Shown here piece after piece: positions 9,403-19,339 of a DNA stretch of 64,000 bases (the stretch's first letter is position 1; every line of letters starts with the position of its first letter). The notes under the pieces are model-generated. The model worked only from the letters and a program-made list of their open reading frames with translations, ran no database searches and was not told the origin of the DNA. Origin of the DNA: a virus (taxonomy: Duplodnaviria; Caudoviricetes). The stretch lies in IMG/VR virus record IMGVR_UViG_3300029305_002190, positions 1 through 64,000 of that record; one strand, given 5' to 3'. Position numbers and translations under genes: made by a program.

Positions 9403-11523
9403 ATGGCTGAAAATATGATTAAATTTCTAAGAGGTAATGTTGCCTCTCTACCTCAGACTGCCACCGCTGGTGCTGTTTATTTCACTAAGGATGAAGGTCT
9501 ATATCTAGGTCTAGCTGATGGTTCCTACCATCGTTATGGCGACTTCATTGAGGTTGCAAACGTTGATTCTCTACCTGCTGAGGGCGCACACGTCAAGGCT
9601 ATGTACTACTGCACCGCTGAGAACATTCTAGCTAAGTGGAATGGCGCTAAATGGGTTCAGATTAATAAGCAGCAAACTCTAGCTGAGCTAGGCGGTGTTG
9701 CTAAGTCCGTTTATGATGCTAAGATGGCTGCTCTAGAAAAAGCCGACACCGACAACGCTACCGCTATCGCTGGCGTTGACACCAGACTAGCAGCTGCTGA
9801 AAAGAAGCTAGAGTCTGTTGCTACTACCGAGGGTCTAGGTGAACTAGCTGAGACTGTTGCTGGTCATACTGCTGCTATTGACACCATTAATGGTGACGTT
9901 AATACCGCAGGCTCTATGCTAAAGATTGCTAAGGATGCCGCTGACGCTAAGAATGCTGCTATTGAGGCAGCTCAGAATGCAGCTGACAAGGCACAGGGTG
10001 ACGTTGATGCTCTAGCTGGTACTCACGCTACTGATAAGGCTGCACTAGAGGGCGCTATTGCTCTAAAGGCTAACGCTGCCGACGTTTACGACAAGGATGC
10101 TATCGATGGCAAGGTTGACACCATCAATGGTGCTATCGACCTAAAGGCTAACGCCGCTGACGTTTATACCAAGGATGACGTTGACGGTATGGTCGATGAT
10201 CTAGAAGCTGCTGATCTAGCTATAAACAACCTAATTGGCGATGTTACTGAAGGCAAGACTGTTGTTGAGATGATTGCTGACGCACAGTCTGCAGCTTCTT
10301 ATGACGACGAAGAGGTTCGTGGTCTAATTGACACTAACGCTCAGGCTATCGAGAAAGAGATTTCTGATCGTGAAGGCGCTGTTTCTGGTCTAAAGACTGA
10401 GCTAGAAGGTAAGATCAACACCAAGGTCGAGCAGGAAGCTTATGATACCAAGGTTGGTGCGCTAGAAGATGAGGACGAAAGACTAGCTGGTCTAATTGGT
10501 GACAATGCTGACGCTATCGATGGTGTTGAGGCTAAGGTCGATACTCTAGTTGGCACCGATACTGGTAAGTCTGTTCGTACCATTGCTAATGAGGAACTAG
10601 CTGCTCAGTTAATTCCTGCAAACGCTGCTGAAGCTCTAAATACTCTACAGGAGATCGCAGCTTGGATTCAGGCACATCCCGGTGATGCTGCTACTATGAA
10701 TGCTGCTATCGAAGCTCTACAGGCTAAAGTTGATACTGGTGATCAGACTGTTTCTGCATACGTTACTGCCGCTATCAATGCTCTAAGCATTGGCGACTAT
10801 GCTACTGTTGCTGCACTAGGTGAGGCTGTTGAGCGTATTGCTGATCTAGAAGAGGCTTCTGCTACTCATGCTCTAAAGACTGAGGTTGAGGCTGTTTCTG
10901 ATGCCCTAGATGAATATAAGACTGCTCATAACGGTGATTACACAAATGCTCAGGTTGATGCTAAGGTCAAGGCTGTTCAGGATCAGGTTGACGTTCTAAA
11001 TGACACCTATGCTACCGACAAGGAGCTAACTGATGCTATTGCTGCAGAGGTTGAACGTGCTAATGGCGCTTATGCTGCTAAGGCCGCTACTGAGGCTCAC
11101 ATTGACGATACTGATATTCACGTAACTACTGAGGACAAGGCTAAGTGGAACGGTGCCCAGGCTGCTGCCGAAGCTACTGCTGCTGCCGCTCTAGCTACTG
11201 CTCGTACTGAAATTACTGCAGAAATTGCTACCGCAAAGGGCGAGGCCATTTCTGATGCAGAAGGTAAGATTGCTACCGCTAAAGCAGAAGCTATTGCCGA
11301 TGCTGAGGGTAAGATCGCTACTGCAAAGGGTGAAGCAATTGCTGATGCAGAAGGTAAGGTCAATGCTGCTAAGTCTGATCTACAGGGAAAAATCGACACT
11401 GTTTCTGGTGCTCTAAATACTTACAAGACTGAAAATGACGCTGTTGTTTCTCTAAAGGCTAATGCAGCTGATGTCTACAACAAGGCTGAAGTTGAAGCTA
11501 TGCTAACTTGGGGCGAGTTTTAA
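9403..11523 (+). CDS. Long Ala-rich coiled-coil fibre protein, probably high copy
   Basis: 706 aa with ALKANAADVY-type repeats, LNTLQEIAAWI motif and 15-aa repeats; ends LTWGEF; capsid-like codon bias. Confidence 0.65.
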   Translation: MAENMIKFLRGNVASLPQTATAGAVYFTKDEGLYLGLADGSYHRYGDFIEVANVDSLPAEGAHVKAMYYCTAENILAKWNGAKWVQINKQQTLAELGGVAKSVYDAKMAALEKADTDNATAIAGVDTRLAAAEKKLESVATTEGLGELAETVAGHTAAIDTINGDVNTAGSMLKIAKDAADAKNAAIEAAQNAADKAQGDVDALAGTHATDKAALEGAIALKANAADVYDKDAIDGKVDTINGAIDLKANAADVYTKDDVDGMVDDLEAADLAINNLIGDVTEGKTVVEMIADAQSAASYDDEEVRGLIDTNAQAIEKEISDREGAVSGLKTELEGKINTKVEQEAYDTKVGALEDEDERLAGLIGDNADAIDGVEAKVDTLVGTDTGKSVRTIANEELAAQLIPANAAEALNTLQEIAAWIQAHPGDAATMNAAIEALQAKVDTGDQTVSAYVTAAINALSIGDYATVAALGEAVERIADLEEASATHALKTEVEAVSDALDEYKTAHNGDYTNAQVDAKVKAVQDQVDVLNDTYATDKELTDAIAAEVERANGAYAAKAATEAHIDDTDIHVTTEDKAKWNGAQAAAEATAAAALATARTEITAEIATAKGEAISDAEGKIATAKAEAIADAEGKIATAKGEAIADAEGKVNAAKSDLQGKIDTVSGALNTYKTENDAVVSLKANAADVYNKAEVEAMLTWGEF
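11224..11358 (+). repeat. 3 x 45-bp coding tandem repeat
   Basis: IATAKGEAISDAEGK / IATAKAEAIADAEGK / IATAKGEAIADAEGK. Confidence 0.85.
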
Positions 11524-11544
11524 TTAAAATTAAATAATCTATAT

Positions 11545-11574
11545 GGGCTGGCGAGGAAACTCGCTGGCCCTTTT
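11545..11574 (+). terminator. Intrinsic terminator after the 706-aa fibre gene
   Basis: gggctggcgag-gaaa-ctcgctggccc followed by TTTT. Confidence 0.75.
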
Positions 11575-11697
11575 AAAAAAATATATTTTAGCATACTTAA
11601 ATTTGAAAACAATCGTTGGCTTTGGACGGTCAGAGACGCAGAGTTTACGTTTATATAAAGCCAACATTATAATCCTATTGACGAAAGAGGGTTAAAA

Positions 11698-12303
11698 ATG
11701 TTATTTAAAATTTTACATGGAGATGCGTCACGTATCTCAACAAATATTACTCCATATCACGAGGGTTATTGTTATGTAACTCATAATGGTGACTTCTATG
11801 TGGATATGAATGATGAGCGTGTTAAGCTCAATGCCAAAGATGCGGAGACTATCATGGGTGCATCCTTGGCAACAATTCTAAGTAACACAGACTTAGAAAT
11901 ACCCACCTCAAATGCTGTTCTCTCAGCTATCGAAGCAGCTACTGAGGTTTATGTTGGTCCAGATATGCCAACAGATCCTAACATTAAAGTGTGGATTAAT
12001 ACTTCCGAAGAAGGCACTGGTGTAGTTCCTGTGTTGCCTAGAATTTCTACTATTAGTCTACCAAAAGCCAGTTGGAGTGGTGGCTCAAGTCCATATTACC
12101 AGACTGTTATGATTAATACTGTAACTCCTGCCACGAAGATTGAGCTTAATCCTACCGTTGCTCAGATTGTGAGTTTACAGAATGATGACATTGCACTTAT
12201 GGCAGAAAATGATGATGGAGAAGTTAAGGTATATTCTTTTGGTGGAAAGCCATCTAATGATATGGCCATTCAGGTAACACTTACGGAGGTGAGCTACGTA
12301 TGA
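11698..12303 (+). CDS. Fibre adaptor; C-terminal domain paralogous to 13800..14111
   Basis: N-terminal FKILHG…GYCYVT..GDFY domain; C-terminal W.G.SSPY.Q…ENDDG.V.VY..G.KP.ND..IQVT.TEV domain. Confidence 0.6.
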   Translation: MLFKILHGDASRISTNITPYHEGYCYVTHNGDFYVDMNDERVKLNAKDAETIMGASLATILSNTDLEIPTSNAVLSAIEAATEVYVGPDMPTDPNIKVWINTSEEGTGVVPVLPRISTISLPKASWSGGSSPYYQTVMINTVTPATKIELNPTVAQIVSLQNDDIALMAENDDGEVKVYSFGGKPSNDMAIQVTLTEVSYV

Positions 12304-12494
12304 TTTCTGGAAACATGGTCGGTGCATATAGTTCTATAGGTAAAACTTTTATTATTGTTGACGAAAATGGCAATGAGTTAACAGGAGTTATTGTAGACAA
12401 GGAAGTTATTTTTACAGCAGAAGATAATGATGTTAGAGAAGGAAAAATTTATGCCTCTGACGACGGCGTGTCTGTTGGTACATTAAAAGTTTGA
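12300..12494 (+). CDS. Small hypothetical structural protein
   Basis: 64 aa, GGAGGTG RBS, ATGA overlap with the upstream stop. Confidence 0.55.
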   Translation: MISGNMVGAYSSIGKTFIIVDENGNELTGVIVDKEVIFTAEDNDVREGKIYASDDGVSVGTLKV

Positions 12495-12539
12495 TAATTA
12501 TATTAAAATTAAACAAAAGATAAAAAAGGAGGTTACATA

Positions 12540-13349
12540 ATGCCCGTAACCTATGTAAGAAATGAACAGGGAGAATTTGAAAAAATTAGCCACGGCGCAA
12601 CAACTGACACCACTCTCTCTCAGTTAGGTGTGCCAGCAGATGCAGCAGCAGTCGGTGCCGCTCTAACAAATTATGCAACAGAGGCTTATGTTAGTGGTAT
12701 AACGAATGGTCTTCAGGCTCAGTTAGATGGCAAAGCTGAATCTAGCCATGGCACACACGTGTCTTTCACAACAACTGCCCCAAAACTTGCTGGCACTGCC
12801 GCAGCTGGCTCTGCCACTACTGTTTCTAGAAGTGATCATGTGCATCCTGCACAGACAACCGTTTCTGGAAATGCAGGTTCTGCTACCAAATTGGCTACTG
12901 CAAGAACTATTCGCACTAACTTGGGCTCTACTAGCACTGCAAGTTTTGATGGTAGTGAAAATATAACTCCTGGTGTCACTGGAACTTTGCCTGTAGCCAA
13001 TGGTGGTACTGGTCAGACCAAAGCATGGACTAATGGTACTGTTTCAAGTGTGAACAGCACAACCGTTACGTCAGCACAATTTGCCACATTCCCTTATTTG
13101 AATAAGGCATTTATTAGATTAAATATTCTTACTCCTAGAGCAATTGCCGCAGATGATGCGGAGTTTATTGCTCTACCATCTACAATTCCCACTGCACATA
13201 CAGCATTAGCTTGTTACAATGAGATTGGTTATGACATTCATGCTGGAGTATCTTCAGTTGCGGGTAAGGGAGTCTATATTATGAACAGTGGCACTTCAAG
13301 CATGCCAAAAGGTACTCGCTTATATATAGCTGGATGGTATTCAATTTAA
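12540..13349 (+). CDS. Short tail fibre / receptor-binding protein
   Basis: DTTLS..G.PADA.AVG module, SRSDHVHP, GNAGSATKLATARTI and GTLPVANGGTG fibre motifs, beta-rich tip. Confidence 0.65.
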   Translation: MPVTYVRNEQGEFEKISHGATTDTTLSQLGVPADAAAVGAALTNYATEAYVSGITNGLQAQLDGKAESSHGTHVSFTTTAPKLAGTAAAGSATTVSRSDHVHPAQTTVSGNAGSATKLATARTIRTNLGSTSTASFDGSENITPGVTGTLPVANGGTGQTKAWTNGTVSSVNSTTVTSAQFATFPYLNKAFIRLNILTPRAIAADDAEFIALPSTIPTAHTALACYNEIGYDIHAGVSSVAGKGVYIMNSGTSSMPKGTRLYIAGWYSI

Positions 13350-13361
13350 GGAGGACAAAAC

Positions 13362-13730
13362 ATGAAAATTTTAATTGATGAGAACAAATATTTGACTTGT
13401 TTTTGTATAGATGCAGAGTTGGAAAATGGCATTGAAGTTGCTGATCCAGATGATATAGAATCTTTTATTGATACATTCAGAGCCTATAAATATGAAAATG
13501 GAAACTTGCTTTTAGATGAACAAAAATTGCAGTCTGTAAATGATACACGCACTGCAGATGAACTAAGATTTAAAAGAGAAAAAGCTTGTTTTCCAATCAT
13601 TAATCGTGGCGAATTGTGGTATAGCAGATTAACTGCAGATCAGAAAAAAGAGTTGGATACATGGTATCAAGCATGGCTTGATGTGACTGACACAAAGGTA
13701 TTGCCTAATATGCCAATGTGGTTAAATTAA
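13362..13730 (+). CDS. Putative tail fibre assembly chaperone
   Basis: 122 aa following the fibre; LRFKRE…WYQAWLDVT…P.W pattern typical of fibre chaperones. Confidence 0.6.
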   Translation: MKILIDENKYLTCFCIDAELENGIEVADPDDIESFIDTFRAYKYENGNLLLDEQKLQSVNDTRTADELRFKREKACFPIINRGELWYSRLTADQKKELDTWYQAWLDVTDTKVLPNMPMWLN

Positions 13731-13749
13731 TAATTAAATTACGATTACT

Positions 13750-13775
13750 GAGCCCACTATCCCTGGGCTCTTTTT
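13750..13775 (+). terminator. Intrinsic terminator
   Basis: gagccca…tgggctc followed by TTTTT. Confidence 0.65.
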
Positions 13776-13799
13776 AAAACTAAAAGGAGGGATTTAAAA

Positions 13800-14111
13800 A
13801 TGGCAACAAAAAAAATTCAAATCTTGGGACCATTATCTAAATCTAGTTCAAAAATTGCATACGTTGACTTACTTGCATCAAACTGGATTGGTGATTCAAG
13901 TCCCTATTCTCAAGTCGTCGAAATTGACGGAGTTACAGAGAACAGTCAAGTTGACCTAACACCAAGTATCGAACAGCTAGTCGTCTTTTATGAAAAAGAC
14001 CTTGGCTTTGTCACGGAGAATGAAGATGGTGTTGTCACTGTATATGCCATTGGTCAAAAGCCAGAAAATGACTATACAATTCAAGTCACTATTACGGAGG
14101 TGCAGGTATGA
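13800..14111 (+). CDS. Stand-alone adaptor domain, paralog of the 11698 C-terminus
   Basis: Aligns by eye with residues ~115-201 of ORF 11698. Confidence 0.65.
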   Translation: MATKKIQILGPLSKSSSKIAYVDLLASNWIGDSSPYSQVVEIDGVTENSQVDLTPSIEQLVVFYEKDLGFVTENEDGVVTVYAIGQKPENDYTIQVTITEVQV

Positions 14112-17100
14112 GCAGAAAAATTATTGGTGTAACCGTTGGCACCACACTGCCAAAGCCTAACTTTAAGCAGACTGACCCCACTAAGGGTGACTACATTAAA
14201 AACAAACCTGACTTTGATGGCTTGAAGTCTAAGGTTGAACAAATCGAAGTTAGAGTTGACACTATGCAAGAGAATGCATATGACGATACTGAGCTTAGAG
14301 GTATCGTGTCTGAGAACGTAGCAAAGGTTGACACTCTTAATGAACTAGTAGGTAATACTAAGGTTGAAACTCAGATTAATAACGCAGTTACTGCTTTAGA
14401 GTCTGAAATTGATAACAAGTTTGACACCATGCAATCAGATATTGACTCTAAGGTTGATGCAGTCGATGGTATGGGATTGTCTACAAACGACTACACTACC
14501 GCTGAAAAAGACAAATTAGCAACAGTAGAGCCAAATGCAAACTTCTATGAACACCCTGTTCATGATTCTCATAGTTCAGGTCTATACAAAGTCACAGTTG
14601 ATGCTTCTGGTCACGTATCTGGTGCCACTCTTGCAGAAAAGGAAGACATTGTTGCTCTTGGAATTCCTGCACAAGATACTACATATGATGAAGAAATTTC
14701 AGATTTAAGCGATAGAATTGATGGTGTGGAAGATAGTATTAATACTACTAACGAAGCAATAGAAGGCGTTACTCAAGAGTTTGAAAATTATAAAACAACC
14801 AATAACGAGGCTGTTTCAACCAACGCTAGTGGTATTGAGGCCAACAAAACTGCTATTGAAGCAATTCAAGGTGACTATCTAACATCAACCGACAAAACAC
14901 AGTTACAAGACGACATTTCAAAAGTATCTGAAAAGGCCACTACAAATGCATCTGCAATAGAAATCTTAAATGGTGAAGGCGATGGATCTGTTAAGCAATC
15001 TATCGATAATGCTTTTAATGAATTTGCTGCAAATGTGAGCGACGATAAAGTAGTTAATACATACAAGGAATTAATTGATTATGCGGCAACACATGGCCCA
15101 GAGTTTACTGAGCTCGTAGGCAAGGTTGACACTATCAACACTCATGTTGGCGAAATCGAAGTTGATCTCTCTGATTATAAAACCTCTGTATCCGATCAAT
15201 TTGCCGAAGTTGATACAACAATTAACGACCATATTACTGATACAGATAATCCTCATAGTGTTACTAAAGAACAAATTGGTCTTTCTAATGTTGATGATAC
15301 TTCTGACTTAGATAAGCCAATTAGCAATGCTATGCAGGAAGCTTTGGATGAAAAAGCAGATTTAGAACATGCGCATAGTGATTTATATTACGACAAGGAT
15401 GAGATTGAGGAGCTTGTTACAGTTGACGATATTGATGACATATGTGGATCCAATATAATTATTGACGGTGGTAATTCAAGCGTAGTAAGTTATGCCACCA
15501 AGCAGTGGGTGCAGGATGGATATCAGCCTAAAGGAAATTATTTAACATCAGTACCAGATGGTTATGCTACTGAATCATATGTAGATACTAAGGTTGCAAC
15601 AATCCCAACACCTGACGTTTCTGGTCAGATTAATACTCACAATTTAGCCACTGATGCTCATAATGACATTAGATTACTTGTTGATGGTTTGACAACTCGT
15701 TTAAATACATTGGCGGACTGTGATGATGCTACTCTTGACCAAATGAGTGAAGTTGTTGAGTACATTAAAAGTAACCAGTCATTAATTGAAGGTATCACAA
15801 CTAAGAAAGTTAATGTTGCTGATATTGTTGACAACTTAACTACAAATGCATCTAATAAGCCCTTGAGTGCATCTCAGGGCGTAGTATTAAAGGGTTTAAT
15901 TGATGAATTAACAAGTAACTTGTCTAATTATCAACCAAAAGGCGACTATTTGACTGCGGTTCCAACTGGTTATGCTACAGAGGAATTTGTAACTGCTAAA
16001 ATTGCAGAAGCTGAACTAAGTAGTGGAAGTGGCAGTTCTATATCTGTCGATACTACTTTAACACAAGCCGGTGCTGCTGCTGATGCAAAGGCTGTTGGTG
16101 ATGCTATTAATAATCTTTCTGGTTTAAATGATGACATTACAGAGAAGGTTGAGAGAGCAGAAACAGCGGCAGAAGAAGCAGAAGCTGCAAAAAGAGATGC
16201 TTTAACTTATAAAAACGATGCTTTAGCTTCTAGATCACAAGCGCTTAGTTCTGCTAGTAATGCGGCTACTTCAAAAACACAAGCGGCATTATCTGCGACT
16301 AATGCGTCTAAGTCAGCTACTAAAGCAGAAGAAGCGGCAACCAGAGCAGAGGAAGCTGCAATCAGAGCAGAGGAAGCGGTTGCGAATGTTGAAAACGTCG
16401 ATTTAACTGGTTACGCCACTGAAAGCTGGGTGGGTGAAAACTACCAACCAAAAGGTAATTATCTAACAGAAGTTCCAGAGGGTTATGCCAAGACAGAGGA
16501 TATTCCTACTAAGCCTGAGGATATTGGTGCATTACCTGCGGACACCGTAATTCCTACGGTTCCTACTAATGTATCTGCTTTTGCTAACGACGCAGGTTAT
16601 CTTACCGAACACCAAAGTCTTGATGATTTTGCAACTGAACTTTATGTAGATTACAAGATTGCAACAATTCCTACTTCCTTAAATTTATATTTTTATGAAA
16701 GTCTTTCCACTGCTATTAGTGATATTAATAATAGTGTGATTGCAAATGCTATTGCCGACAACAGCGTAGCCAAAGTAAAGGTATTCCATGCAGACAATGG
16801 TAGAACTACTGTCATGTTGCTAGACGATATTTCTGAAAGTGTACAAATTGATATCAACAAGGACATTGATTTGGTTCTTAATGGTAAGATACTAACATTT
16901 ACAACTTCAGGTGCCTATTTGAACTTTGCTTTAGATACAGATTGTACTATTAATGGCGAAGTTAATGGCAGCTTGATTACAAAGAATGTTTCTGGAGGTA
17001 TTGCGCCATTTTATCTAATTAACTCTAATGGTATTTTGAAAATGAAGAGTGGCAATTACCACATTGAAACTGATAGTTTGGTCAGCATGATTGGAGTTAG

Positions 17101-18100
17101 AGTTCCTCCGACTTGTAGCAAAATTGTCATCGAAGATTGTACTATTACCGCTAGAAATACAAATACCGTTACCGGAACTAGATTTTCGATAAGAGCTATT
17201 CAGAATCAAGGTTCTAACACAATTGTTAACAATTCCATAATTAAAAGTATAACAACAGCAACTGGTTTGGCCACATCTGTTACTAGTGCGGGTGTGATGT
17301 ACATAAATAATTCTAAAATGTTTGCGGATGCGCCAGATTACGATTATGAAACGAGAAGTTCGTCTGCGATTGCTGTTGAATTATGGAGTACATCTGCAAC
17401 ATATTGTAACAATGCAGTTGTTTACGGTACGCATTCTGGACTTTCAAATATAGGAAAACTATATATTAATGGCGGTACTTACGCTGGTTTCTGCCATGGT
17501 GGAATTTATTTCGCTCACGGTTCTGTCGGTGAAGCGTTTGTTAACGATGCAACAATTCGTTGTGGTTATTATGAGGGAGAATTTGATTATAGCGAAAAAA
17601 CGGCGGATATATTAGGGTCATTTTATATTGGCGGTGGCACTTCGGAGAACAACTCAAATGTAACGGCATATTTAGATAATTGTATCATTGACAGTGAGAC
17701 TGGCAGTGCATTTGTTTTACGTGGAACGAGTGGAGAAACAAACAATACAATTAACATTAGCAATCCTACTATTCTTAATAATAGAGTGATTCGTATCGAC
17801 CCAAATTTAGGTCACAAATTAAATATTGGCGTTGGTGGAGAATCTATTTTTAGCTTAGTTAACAATTCTGAATACGCCGAAGTTACAAATGAATTGTACC
17901 GTAGAAACCATGAAGAAAAGGTTTTAGATGGCAATGATTTTAATGCGTTGCTAAATGTTGATTTCATTAAAAATAAACCTGAAATCGCTACTGACGAAGA
18001 AATCATTGAGATGCTAACACAACTTGATATGTTGCCTACTGTTGCTGATTCTGACGGTGCAATTCTTGCCGATGAAAACGGCGACATTTTATTATGGTAA
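14108..18100 (+). CDS. Large modular tail fibre/spike with probable beta-helix head
   Basis: 1330 aa: coiled coils, three GYATE/YQPKG.YLT modules, an Ala/Glu stalk, then an Ile/Asn/Thr-rich region resembling a pectin-lyase-type beta-helix. Confidence 0.7.
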   Translation: MSRKIIGVTVGTTLPKPNFKQTDPTKGDYIKNKPDFDGLKSKVEQIEVRVDTMQENAYDDTELRGIVSENVAKVDTLNELVGNTKVETQINNAVTALESEIDNKFDTMQSDIDSKVDAVDGMGLSTNDYTTAEKDKLATVEPNANFYEHPVHDSHSSGLYKVTVDASGHVSGATLAEKEDIVALGIPAQDTTYDEEISDLSDRIDGVEDSINTTNEAIEGVTQEFENYKTTNNEAVSTNASGIEANKTAIEAIQGDYLTSTDKTQLQDDISKVSEKATTNASAIEILNGEGDGSVKQSIDNAFNEFAANVSDDKVVNTYKELIDYAATHGPEFTELVGKVDTINTHVGEIEVDLSDYKTSVSDQFAEVDTTINDHITDTDNPHSVTKEQIGLSNVDDTSDLDKPISNAMQEALDEKADLEHAHSDLYYDKDEIEELVTVDDIDDICGSNIIIDGGNSSVVSYATKQWVQDGYQPKGNYLTSVPDGYATESYVDTKVATIPTPDVSGQINTHNLATDAHNDIRLLVDGLTTRLNTLADCDDATLDQMSEVVEYIKSNQSLIEGITTKKVNVADIVDNLTTNASNKPLSASQGVVLKGLIDELTSNLSNYQPKGDYLTAVPTGYATEEFVTAKIAEAELSSGSGSSISVDTTLTQAGAAADAKAVGDAINNLSGLNDDITEKVERAETAAEEAEAAKRDALTYKNDALASRSQALSSASNAATSKTQAALSATNASKSATKAEEAATRAEEAAIRAEEAVANVENVDLTGYATESWVGENYQPKGNYLTEVPEGYAKTEDIPTKPEDIGALPADTVIPTVPTNVSAFANDAGYLTEHQSLDDFATELYVDYKIATIPTSLNLYFYESLSTAISDINNSVIANAIADNSVAKVKVFHADNGRTTVMLLDDISESVQIDINKDIDLVLNGKILTFTTSGAYLNFALDTDCTINGEVNGSLITKNVSGGIAPFYLINSNGILKMKSGNYHIETDSLVSMIGVRVPPTCSKIVIEDCTITARNTNTVTGTRFSIRAIQNQGSNTIVNNSIIKSITTATGLATSVTSAGVMYINNSKMFADAPDYDYETRSSSAIAVELWSTSATYCNNAVVYGTHSGLSNIGKLYINGGTYAGFCHGGIYFAHGSVGEAFVNDATIRCGYYEGEFDYSEKTADILGSFYIGGGTSENNSNVTAYLDNCIIDSETGSAFVLRGTSGETNNTINISNPTILNNRVIRIDPNLGHKLNIGVGGESIFSLVNNSEYAEVTNELYRRNHEEKVLDGNDFNALLNVDFIKNKPEIATDEEIIEMLTQLDMLPTVADSDGAILADENGDILLW

Positions 18101-18115
18101 AGGAGGAACTTTACA

Positions 18116-18616
18116 ATGGCTAATTTAAAAAATATTACTGAAGTCCCTATGGTTGAATCCGCTGAGGGATTGAATTTAATTGTTAATGATAATGGTGCTG
18201 CTAAGCAGATTGCTGCTAGTGCTGTTGGCGCTCAGGCTGACTGGGCTGAAACTGATGCGTCAAATCCTGCTTTTATTAAGAATAAGCCTGTTGAAGAGTG
18301 GGATTTAGATCTGACTTGTGACATCACTTGGAACACCGAGGCTTCAGCACAAAATGACCCCGTGTTTACTGTTGCAGAAGGATATTCATATGAAACTTTT
18401 ATCGCTAAGGTTGACTCTAGTAACATTCCAAAGGTTAAATTTAGAATGAATCTAGCAATATCTGCCAATGAAGTAGTGTTTATAATGAATAGATATTGTA
18501 ATATTATGCGCCAAGATGGTGCGATGTCAACGTATGGTATTTTTGCATTTATGGGAGGCAACGCAATGTTAGTCATTTTAAACCCAGATGGCACATTTAC
18601 TATGATACAAGAGTAA
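18116..18616 (+). CDS. Small fibre-associated protein
   Basis: N-terminus paralogous to 18887; ADWAETD..NPAFIKNKP module. Confidence 0.6.
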   Translation: MANLKNITEVPMVESAEGLNLIVNDNGAAKQIAASAVGAQADWAETDASNPAFIKNKPVEEWDLDLTCDITWNTEASAQNDPVFTVAEGYSYETFIAKVDSSNIPKVKFRMNLAISANEVVFIMNRYCNIMRQDGAMSTYGIFAFMGGNAMLVILNPDGTFTMIQE

Positions 18617-18637
18617 TTAGTTGGAGGTGAGTAAACT

Positions 18638-18862
18638 ATGTCACTTATCTCAAAAGAAAATTTGAACATAGTATTACAAAGCATTAAAAAACTTCTATCT
18701 CTAAAAGCAGACAAGTCCGAACTCGCTACTAAAATTGATAGAAGTGAAATTGAAGAAATTGACGCCATTGAAATCGTAACAGAACTAGAACTAGTCTCCC
18801 CTGTTGCCGCAGAAGATGGCTCTATTTACACCGATGAAAACGGTGTTTTATACTCCCTATAA
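18638..18862 (+). CDS. Small protein paralogous to the C-terminus of 14108..18100
   Basis: ELELVSPVAAEDGSIYTDENGVLYSL vs QLDMLPTVADSDGAILADENGDILLW; GGAGGTG RBS. Confidence 0.6.
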   Translation: MSLISKENLNIVLQSIKKLLSLKADKSELATKIDRSEIEEIDAIEIVTELELVSPVAAEDGSIYTDENGVLYSL

Positions 18863-18886
18863 TTTCGATAAAGGAGGAAAATTTTT

Positions 18887-19339
18887 ATGGAATTTAAAAG
18901 ATTAAGTGATGTTGAGGTTGTTGCAGAACCTACTGAATCTGCAAATGTTTTAATTGAAGAAAATGGTGTTATTAAGAAGGCTCCTAAGACTGCTGTTGGT
19001 GGTAATGGTGAGTGGGATGCTGTGATTAACTATGACGAAGGCACATTAGGTAGTGATGCGGATGTTGCGCTTTTTGTTTTCGAGAGTGGCAACTATGATA
19101 CTATTAAAGCAAAATGGGATAATGGCGAACTTCCTAGAGTTCTAATAAAATATACTGACGAGTATGGTTATATATATAGTCATAGAGAGCCTTCTATCGG
19201 TATCACATATGTTAAAGATGATTCTTCTTTCAATTTAAGTTTTATTGTAAGCCAATATTCTAATCTCCCTAGAACTGCCATTCAATTAAATTTAGCCTCA
19301 AATAATACATTTAATAGCATCTTGTCTAGAGAGATGTAA
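18887..19339 (+). CDS. Small fibre-associated protein, paralog of 18116
   Basis: FKRLSDVEVV…NVLIEENG..K..P..AVG vs LKNITEVPMV…NLIVNDNG..K…AVG; both followed by EWD. Confidence 0.6.
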   Translation: MEFKRLSDVEVVAEPTESANVLIEENGVIKKAPKTAVGGNGEWDAVINYDEGTLGSDADVALFVFESGNYDTIKAKWDNGELPRVLIKYTDEYGYIYSHREPSIGITYVKDDSSFNLSFIVSQYSNLPRTAIQLNLASNNTFNSILSREM

